From contig OZ076409.1 in assembly GCA_964187785.1 (NCBI GenBank), forward strand, positions 73,472,001 through 73,536,000: a stretch of DNA of 64,000 nucleotides, written 5' to 3'. Origin of the DNA: Amphiscolops sp. MND2022 (taxonomy: Eukaryota). How positions within the stretch are numbered: the first letter of the stretch is position 1; each line of letters opens with the position of its first letter. Positions 1 to 9,220 of this stretch are shown here, piece by piece. The translations under genes were made by a program, and so were the position numbers. The notes under the pieces are model-generated. The model was not told where the DNA came from and ran no database searches. It saw nothing but the letters and a program-made list of their open reading frames with translations.

Positions 1-196
1 TTATCTTCCATATTTGCTCCGATGACCAGGATTGGAAACTAAATTAACCCAAGGTACTTAGCCAAAACGAGCAATACCAACTTTTGATTGAAAACCTCAT
101 CACAGTTTTTCTTTGAAAATTACCTTCATTGACTTCTCAATTTATCAACTCAATCTCCTTAAGCGGCCCTATTTTGACACAAGCCTGCAGCGCTAG

Positions 197-2767
197 GTGC
201 CCGGATTTCTATTCATTAAAGTATGTTGCGCGTGTGGGTAGGGCCCCGTGGCGCGCTCTTGTGTCCCTGTTCTCATAACTGCAATTTCCGGCAGCATTCT
301 GAGCGATTTTCTAAACTATCCATACGATTCGGCTGAAATTTGGCACACGTACCCCCCTCGGCACGGTGAAGATGATTTCCTACTGACGTTTTTCCCGCAA
401 AATTTTTTTGTTGTCCAAAATAACGGTTTTTGGGGTAAAATTTTGAACTTTTTTTAAATTTCATCTTATATCTCGCCACGGGTTTACGCTAGCGCTTCAA
501 AACCCTGCTAAAGAAAGCTTGCAAACTGTCTCAGGAATGCGGTGTGAAATTTTCAGCACAATCGGACTTAAACTCGGGGAGATATAGCGTTTTTCCGGAG
601 CGGGGGGGTTTCATTTTTCTAACGGTCCAGCTTATCTTAGCCATTTTTTCGAAAATGTACTCGCCTAAAGACCTCCCCTGGCCGGTTTTATTCCCAGCAA
701 AACCATTTGGCCCTAAATACGGAGTTTCAGCGTTCCAGCATTCCCGGGCGAAAAGTTGTGGGACTTAGAAAATTTCAAAAATTTTCAAAAAAATTTTTTC
801 CGTTTTCCGCCCTCCCCCCCGAGGGGAAAAGACCCCCCAACCAGTAATTTGAGTGAATTCATGTGGAAAGGCCATGTTTAGAGGAGAAAAATCCCGTTTA
901 AATCGTCTTTTTATCTTTATTCAACGTTGACTTATGACGTTTTGAAGGTGATGTTTGGAGGTGTGAAGCCCGTGAAAAGTAAACGTTATGAGTATTTATC
1001 TGATCTGAAAGCCATTGAGATGAAACCTGTTTTGCTCAAAACGTAATTCATATCAGTTTGGTAGTCAATCAACACCCTTTGTTGTCATTTGACATCTTTT
1101 TTTGTTGATATAAGAAAAAATTTCGTGTATTTATTCATTTTTTTCTCATCAAATAACTTGAAACAGTTGAGTACATTCCATCCCCCCTTCACGGGGGAGA
1201 TGAGAATGTACTCGCAAAAAGCCCCAAACTACGGCCCTTACCTTCCCGAGCTACGCAGTATAAAGATTGCATATTGGTTCCGACATTTTGATAGAGTTAT
1301 ATCTTGGTAATCTGTCTGGATACGCAGAAAAACCAGCACGTGCTTTTTTTACCAAGTTGCTTACAACGACATTTATTTTATATCAACGCCCCCATCTTTA
1401 TCAACGCCCCCCGTCCGTGGGCATGCCGAGGCATGCCCTTCGACGACGCGCACCAAAATTTTCCCCGAGCGCGTTAGCCTAGGTGCCCGGATTTCTATTC
1501 ATTAAAGTATGTTGCGCGTGTGGGTAGGGCCCCTGGCGCGCTCTTGTGTCCCTGTTCTCATAACTGCAATTTCCGGCAGCATTCTGAGCGATTTTCTAAA
1601 CTATCCATACGATTCGGCTGAAATTTGGCACACGTACCCCCCTCGGCACGGTGAAGATGATTTCCTACTGACGTTTTTCCCGCAAAATTTTTTTTGTTGT
1701 CCAAAATAACGGTTTTTGGGGTAAAATTTTGAATTTTTTTTAAATTTTATCTTATATCTCGCCACGGGTTTACGCTAGCGCTTCAAAACCCTGCTAAAGA
1801 AAGCTTGCAAACTGTCTCAGGAATGCGGTGTGAAATTTTCAGCTCAATCGGACTCAAACTCGGGGAGATATAGCGTTTTTCCGGAGCGGGGGGGTTTCAT
1901 TTTTCTAACGGTCCAGCTTATCTTTGCCATTTTTTCGACAATGCACTCGCCTAAAGGCCTCCCCTGGCCGGTTTTATTCCCAGCAAAACCATTTGGCCCT
2001 AAATACGGAGTTTCAGCGTTCCAGCATTCCCGGGCGAAAAGTTGTGGGACTTAGAAAAGTTCAAAAATTTTCAAAAAATTTTTTTTCCGTTTTCCGCCCT
2101 CCCCCCCTAGGGGAAAAGACCCCCCAACCAGTAATTTGAGTGAATTCATGTGGAAAGGCCATGTTTAGAGGAGAAAAATGCCGTTTAGAACGTCTTTTTA
2201 TCTTGGCTCAACGTTGACTTATGACGTTTTGAAGGTGGTGTTTGGAGGTGTAAAGCACGCGAATAGTAAACGTTATGAGTATTTATCTGATCTGAAAGCC
2301 ATTGAGATGAATATGGTTTGCTCAAAACGTAATTCATGTCAATTTGGCAATCAATCAACACCCTTTGTTGTCGTTTGACATACTTTTTTGTTGTTATAAT
2401 AAAAAATTTTGTGTATTTATTCATTTTTTTCTCATCAAATAACTTGAAACAGTTGAGTACATTCCATCCCCCCTTCCGGGGGAGATGAGAATGTACTCGC
2501 AAAAAGCACCGAACTACGGCCCTAACCTTCCCGAGCTACGCAGTATAAGGATTACATATTGGTTCCGACATTTTCATAGAGTTAAATCTTGGTAATCTGT
2601 CTGGATATGCAGAAAAACCAGCACGTGCTTTTTTATACCAAGTTGCTTACAACGACAATTATTTTATATCAACGCCCCCATATTTATCAACGCCCCCCGT
2701 CCGTGGGCATGCCGAGGCATGCCCTTCGACGACGTATACCAAGATATTCCCGAGCGCGTTAGCCTAG
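197..2767 (+). mobile_element. Units U1 and U2, subfamily A (1286 and 1285 bp)
   Basis: Share CACGTACCCCCCTCGGCACGGTGAAGATG and a tail with GGGCATGCCGAGGCATGCCC. The same subfamily occurs at 44878-47442, 48727-50013 and 52562-56390. Confidence 0.85.
1419..1438 (+). other. Subterminal palindrome GGGCATGCC-GA-GGCATGCCC (example copy)
   Basis: Perfect 9-bp inverted repeat ~40-60 nt before CTAG in U1-4, 8, 18, 19, 25, 26, 28 and 30-36. Its position resembles the Helitron termination hairpin. Confidence 0.75.
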
Positions 2768-4036
2768 GTGCCGGGATTACTATTCGATAAGGAATTTTGC
2801 GCGGTTGGGTAGGGCCCCGTGAGCGCGCCAGGGGATAGTGTTAGAACAACAAGGATTTGGGCATCAGTTGGGAGCGATTTTCTAAACTATCCGTACGATT
2901 TTGCTGAAATTTGGCACGAAGCTTCCTTGGAACATTCTAAGAACAAATCCCTACTGGCGTTTTGCTGGGAAAAATCAAAAAGTTGGTCAAAAATGCGATT
3001 TTCCGACAAAATTTTGGGGTAAAATTTTTTTGAAACGTTATATCTCGCCACAGGGTCACGCTAGCGCCTCGCAACCTATGATCGTGTTTTGTTGGGCGTT
3101 GTCTGTAGAACACGTATGCCAAATTTGGTGGCGATCGGACTTAAACTCAGGGAGATATAGCGATTTTTTAGGTGCATTTTTTGACATTTTTTGCATTTGC
3201 CGATTTATCTCTGCCGTTTTTGCCCAAATTTTTTTTGAGACACTCTCCTAAAGACCTCCCCTGGCCGGTTTACCTCCCAGAAAAACCATTTGGCCCTAAA
3301 TACGAAGTTTCAGCGTTCTAGCATTCCCGGGCAAAAAGTTGTGGGACTTAGAATAGTTTTTATGGTAACGCAAAATGTGTAAAGTCAACTTCAGGCCTCC
3401 CAAAGTCAAAGAACTTCCACACAACTAGGATTGCAAGTGGGTGCATGTGGAAAGTACTCGGATAGACGAGAAAAATGAGCTATAGAACGACTCTGTAGCT
3501 TAACCTGACGTTGACTTATGACAATTTTAGTGTGAGCTTGCTATTTGGTGTAAAAATTCAAATGATGAAAATCGAAGCTAAGTCTCATCCAAAACTCATC
3601 GGAATACGTTCAATGCACCCCAAAGCGGATTAATTCGAGATGTTTAGTGCAGCAACACCATTCAAGACCATTTGACCCATTTTTATAAGTTTTGACAACG
3701 TATTATTCATACGAGAGCACGAAACAGTTGAGTACATTCCATCTCCCTTTCGGGGGAGATGAGAATGTACTCGCTAAAGTCCAGGTACTACAGCCCATAT
3801 TTGCTTTTATGCGACGCTCTTATGCTAGTGCGCATACTTTTTAATCGTTTAACTGAATTTTCTTCTGTCTGCACTTTGACTTTGACTTGACATATAGTGA
3901 ACGTTTTGTCTTACAACTTACAAATGAGTAACGTCAACGCCCCATCCTTGCATCAACGCCCACCGTCCGTGGGCATGCCGAGGCATGCCCTTCGACGACG
4001 TATGCCAAGATATATCCCAAGCGCGGTAGCCGCTAG
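2768..4036 (+). mobile_element. Unit U3, subfamily C (1269 bp)
   Basis: Body closely matches U30 (51296-52561) but the head differs; palindromic tail. Confidence 0.8.
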
Positions 4037-5426
4037 GTGGTCGGGTATTTTTTTTTACTCGTAGATGGCGTTTGCGAGGCTTTGGGGAGGGCCCCGTGCC
4101 GAGCCTGTACCGAAATTTACCACATACCAGAAGTGTCCGATTTAATCGAGATCTCAAAAACTAACCGTTAGAATTCTCTGAATTTTTGCATGTGGCCCCT
4201 AATCAATGAGTAATGAAAAAGTGTAGGAGTGACGGTTGCTGAAAAACTTGTCTTTGTTGCACTTTTTGCGCAATTTTTGTCGCATTGTTGCGTTTTTTAT
4301 GTCATTTTCGACTTTTCAAGCAAAAAACTCATAGATGCTTTGTTCCTAGCGTATCAAGTGTGGAGCACGAAAAGTTGCAGCATCTTCCATTACGTATGCT
4401 GAGAAAATTTGGTTGCCCTCGGATTACCCCCCACAGAGATAGAGAGGTGCATCCGGGTATTTTTGACCCCTAAATTTGGGAAATTGCTAATTTTCATAAT
4501 AAAGCCGTAGATTTAGCGCGTGCACACCCTGCTGAAGATTTGTTATGCATTTTGAGATAGATCCGATGACATGCGTTGAGTTCACCCCCATCACCCCCTT
4601 GACCGGAAATGAACGTTTTTGTGCACTTTCAGACCGGAAGTCTCCATTTTCACTGGTAAGGAGGCATTGTACGAGCAACTAGCAGGATATCAAAAGTGAA
4701 GTATAACCTGGGGTCAATTTAATGACCACATGTTGTCCAGTCATGGGTTTCGCTATGACCGGAAATGGGCTTAAAACCCCCTTTTGGTAGTATTTTTATC
4801 AATTTTCCTTGTGTTTGGTCCACATTCAAGTTGCGTAAGTCAGTTGAACCAGTGAGAGCATAAAATATATATTCACTGCGTAGTCGTAACTGACACTGCC
4901 AGATACCGGAAGTAACCCCCTGTGACCGGAAGAGGTCAATTTTGACCGGAAATGGTCCAAAAAGTAGCGTAAATGCAGTTTTCAATGCTTTTTAAGGTCA
5001 AGTTATTAGTATTTTTCAATTTGAATGCTTTTTTCCACGCAAAAAGCTAACATCGTTGCATGTTTTGCTGAAGATCGGAAAAGTGATCACCATTATCACC
5101 CCCGATAGCCTTTCAAGTTGACCTTTGGTCAATCTTGAAGGCTATCTGTTCTGAAAACGAAAAATAGTGGAATTTTGTTTCCTCCTTTCTCTTGATATTT
5201 TTCCTTCAAGTCAATTTGTCAAAAGAAAGACATTTGTTCAACTGAGTGATCTGAAACTCGTCCAGAGGTGTCACACACACGAATACCATTTGAAGTTGAA
5301 GTACACAAATCAGGGTAGTATTAGACATCACACACTCCTACCAACTCCCACCGTCTGTGGGCATGCCGAGGCATGCCCTTCGACGACGTATGCCAAATAG
5401 CGCTACAGGGCGCCCACATTTGCTAG
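4037..5426 (+). mobile_element. Unit U4, divergent subfamily D (1390 bp)
   Basis: Same junctions, head loop and tail palindrome as other units, but a different interior with repeated ACCGGAAR and a GATAGCC...GGCTATC hairpin. Related to U19 (35993-37383, 1391 bp). Confidence 0.8.
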
Positions 5427-7989
5427 GTGGTCCGGTACACTACCAACAAAACATTGTCGCGAGCAACGGGGAGGGTCCTGTAGCGAGCTTTATAGGAAAA
5501 AAACGGCGGAGCATATATACTAGGCAACATCGGCACTTTTACCCACGATCTCTGAAATGAACCATACGATCCGGCTCAAAATTTGCATACGGCTTCCTCT
5601 AGCGATTCTAAGAACTTTTCCCTACTGGCATTTTGCCCGGAAAATTCAAAAAGTGGGTCAAAATCTTAGTTTTTTGGTCGAAAAATGGCGTTTTTTTGGA
5701 AAAAATTTTTTTAAGAGCCCATATCTCGCTCCCAGGTGCTCGGAGCGGGTCGCATGTGGACGTTGATATTGCTGGGCACTTCTTAAGGAGTCCGTAGACA
5801 AATTTTCGTACAGATCGGATGAAAATTGACTGAGTAATAGCCGCAAATCCGACGAATTTTTCAGAAAATTTTGGTACACCTAGTCTATCTCTGCCGTTTT
5901 TTGCCCAGATTTTTTTCCAGGACCTCTCCTAAAGGCCTCCCCTGGCCGGTTTACCTCCCAGAAAAACCATTTGGCCCTTTTGCCGCAGTTTCAGCGTTCC
6001 AGGATTCCCCGGGTAAAAGATAAATGACTTAGAATTTTTTCGAAAATTTTTCAAAATTTTTTTTTCAACTTCAGGCCCCCCAAAGTCAAGAAATTTCCAC
6101 ACAACTAGTATTGCAAGTGAATGCATGTGGAAAGTGCTCGAATAGACGAGAAAAATGAGCTATTATAAAGTTCTGTAGCTTAACCTGACGTTGACTTATG
6201 ACAATTTTAGTGTGAGCTTGCTATGTGAGAAAAAAATTTCATAAATTGAAAATCGAAGCTAAGTCTCATCGGAATACGTTCAGTGGACCCCAGCGCTGTT
6301 TAAATGCCGCTGTTTGGTGCAGCAACGCCCTTTAAGGTCATTTGATCCATTTTTTACAGGTTTTGACACCGTCTTATCCATTCGAAAGTTCGAAAGAGTT
6401 GTGTACATTCCATCTCCCCCCTTCTATGGGGGAGATGGTAATGTACACGCAAAAAGCCAAGTACTACTGTTCTTTTTATACTTGGAGTGGCCTCGGCAAT
6501 GCAGTAGCGGGAGCTCCAGGTCGTTTGCCGTAGCCTTATTGTCTGTTTAGACTTTGCTACAACAGAAACTATGTTACTGAACATGAAAAAGATTGTTTCA
6601 ATCCAAATGTTTTTTCAAATAATAATACCAAATAACACATGTCCATATATCCACTATTGCCACTAAATACTGGCGCATCGTCGCACAACGAAGCCTGCAG
6701 CGCTAGGTGCCATAATCCATTGATTAGCCCAACACTTCGAGGGCGGGGTAGGGCCCCCAGCCCGAGTCAAAAGTCGAAGACAAACAACTTAAGGCCCAAA
6801 CGCCAGTCTGACCCCGATCTCGAGAACGAGCCCCGCGATTTGGCTGAAAATTTGCATACGGCTTCCTCTAGCGATTCTAAGAACTAATCCCTACTGGCAT
6901 TTTGCTGTGAAAACGCAGGATGTGGGTCAAAATCTTAGTTTTTTGGTCAAAAAAAGGCATTTTTTCGAAAAAAATTTTTTCAAGAGCCCATATCTCGCTC
7001 CCAGGTGCTCGGAGCGGGTCGCACGTGGACGTTGATATTGCTGGGCACTTCGTAGGGAGTCCGTAGACAAATTTTCGTACAGATCGGATAAAAATTGACT
7101 GAGTAATAGAAAACTTTGAAAGTGATTTTGACGACATTTTTCGAAAACCTAGTCTATCTCTGCCGTTTTTTGCCCAGATTTTTTTCCAGGACCTCTCCTA
7201 AAGACCTCCCCTGGCCGGTTTACCTCCCAGAAAAACCATTTGGCCCTTTTGCCGCAGTTTCAGCGTTCCAGGATTCCCCGGGTAAAAGTAAAATGACTTA
7301 GAGTTTTTTCGAAAAATTTTCAAAAAATTTTTTTTTCAACTTCAAGCCTCCCAAAGTCAGGAAACGTCCACACAACTAGTATTGCAAGTGAATGCATGTG
7401 GAAAGTGCTCGAATAGACGAGAAAAATGAGCTATTATAAACCTCTGTAGCTTAACCTGACGTTGACTTATGACAATTTTAGTGTGAGCTTGCTGTGTGAA
7501 AAAATTTCAAAAATTGAAAATCGAAGCTAAGTCTCATTCAAAACTCATCGGAATACGTTCAATCCATCCCAAAGCGGTTTATTTCCAGCTATATAGTGCA
7601 GAAACACCAGTCAAGACCTTTTGACCCATTTATATTAGTTTTGACACCGTCTTATCCGTTTGAAAGTTCGAAACAGTTAAGTACATTCCATCTCCCCTCC
7701 GTGGGAGATGGTAATGTACTCGCAAAAAGCCAAGTACTATCGCCCCATTCTACCCGTAATGGTGCTAGAAATGCAGTAGCGGGAGCGCCAGGCTGTTTAC
7801 AGTAGCCTTTATGGGTGTTGTGACTATGTATTACAAATCTAACTATGTTACTGAACGTGAAAAAGTTGTTTCAATCCCAAAATTTTTTTTCAACTTTAAT
7901 ATGTCACCAATAAACATATATCCATCTTTCCTACTACAACCACCCTACCACCCGGCCCCTCGTATCTTTGTTCAACCGTACACGTCTAG
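5427..7989 (+). mobile_element. Units U5 and U6, subfamily B (1280 and 1283 bp)
   Basis: Shared body GAGCCCATATCTCGCTCCCAGGTGCTCGGAGCGGGTCGCA. U5 is nearly identical to U10 (22950-24229). Confidence 0.85.
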
Positions 7990-8776
7990 GTGCCATAATC
8001 CATCGATTTGCTTATCACTTCGAGGGCAGGGTAGGGCCCCTTGCCCGAGCCAAAATGTCGGATACTTACGACACTCAACGTAAGGCGGATGCTAAAGCGA
8101 GACCCCGATCTTGGAAACGGCCCATTCGATTTGGCTCAAATTTTGCATGTGGCTTCCTCTAGCAATTCTAAGAACTAATCCCTACTGGCGTTTTGCCCGG
8201 AAAATTTTTTTTGTTGACTTATAGACAATTTTAGGTGCCGAAAATGGCGTTTTTTTCGAAAATTTTTTTTCAAGAGCCCATATCTCGCTCCCAGGTGCTC
8301 GGAGTGGGTCGCATGTGGACGTTGATATTGCTGGGCACTTCGTAAGGAGTCCGTAGACAAATTTTTGTACAGATCGGATAAAAATTGACTGAGTAATAGC
8401 CGCAAATCCGACGAATTTTTCAGAAAATTTTGGTACACCTAGTCTATCTCTGCCGTTTTTTGCCCAGATTTTTTTCCAGGACCTCTCCTAAAGGCCTCCC
8501 CTGGCCGGTTTACATCCCAGAAAAACCATTTGGCCCTTTTGCCGCAGTTTCAGCGTTCCAGGATTCCCCGGGTAAAAGTAAAATGACTTAGAATTTTTTC
8601 GAAAAATTTTCAAAAAAATTTTTTTTCAACTTCAAGCCTCCCAAAGTCAGGAAACGTCCACACAACTAGTATTGCAAGTGAATGCTTGTGGAAAGTGCTC
8701 GAATAGACGAGAAAAATGAGCTATTATAAACCTCTGTAGCTTAACTTGACGTTGACTTATGACATTTTAAGTTTAG

Positions 8777-8826
8777 GTAGGTTTTGAATTCATTTTATTT
8801 CCAACTAATTTTTTTTCTTTTTCCAG
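8777..8826 (+). other. Candidate 50-nt spliceosomal intron in the RepHel 5' leader
   Basis: AG|GTAGGT donor, CTAAT branch-like site (8805-8809), long pyrimidine tract and CAG acceptor. Confidence 0.45.
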
Positions 8827-8845
8827 GTGTCGGAGTCGACTTTTC

Positions 8846-8906
8846 CTGCATACAGGTAGTATTTGGTAACAGGTTTCTGCATACAGGTAGTATTTGGTAA
8901 CAGGTT
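8846..8906 (+). repeat. 31-bp tandem duplication upstream of RepHel
   Basis: CTGCATACAGGTAGTATTTGGTAACAGGTT at 8846 and 8877. Confidence 0.9.
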
Positions 8907-9220
8907 ACGTCTGGTTAGTTTGTGGGTTGAGTAGTAAATGGTGATCATCGATCGACGGAAAGCGTGGTCGGTGATTAGGTGTTCTCCACAAAACTAGTGG
9001 TAAAACAAGTAATCCTCGGTAAATATGCGGGCAAAGGTGAAAATGAAGTGCAACCGTGTTTCCAGTTATACGCAATCTTTGTTATGTGTCAAAAATGATG
9101 ACTTTTTCTGATGATGTCTAACAGGATCAGCGTTTTTCCAGATTTGATTTGATTCGCTTTGATCTGCTTTGCCAACATTAACTTGTTTTGCTTGGCTATC
9201 AAAGAGGCTAAAAGTCCACA

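Noticed and set aside
7986..7992. CTAG|GTG as a splice site (alternative-exon cassette or spliced-leader RNA array)
   Set aside because: No pyrimidine tract upstream, no GTRAG donor consensus, no conserved leader or reading frame, and one junction is CTGG.
248..8438. Many short ORFs (60-130 aa) in the repeat units, here and across 20293-63921
   Set aside because: They recur only because the DNA repeats. Frames and stops differ between copies through homopolymer indels, and none has a recognisable domain.
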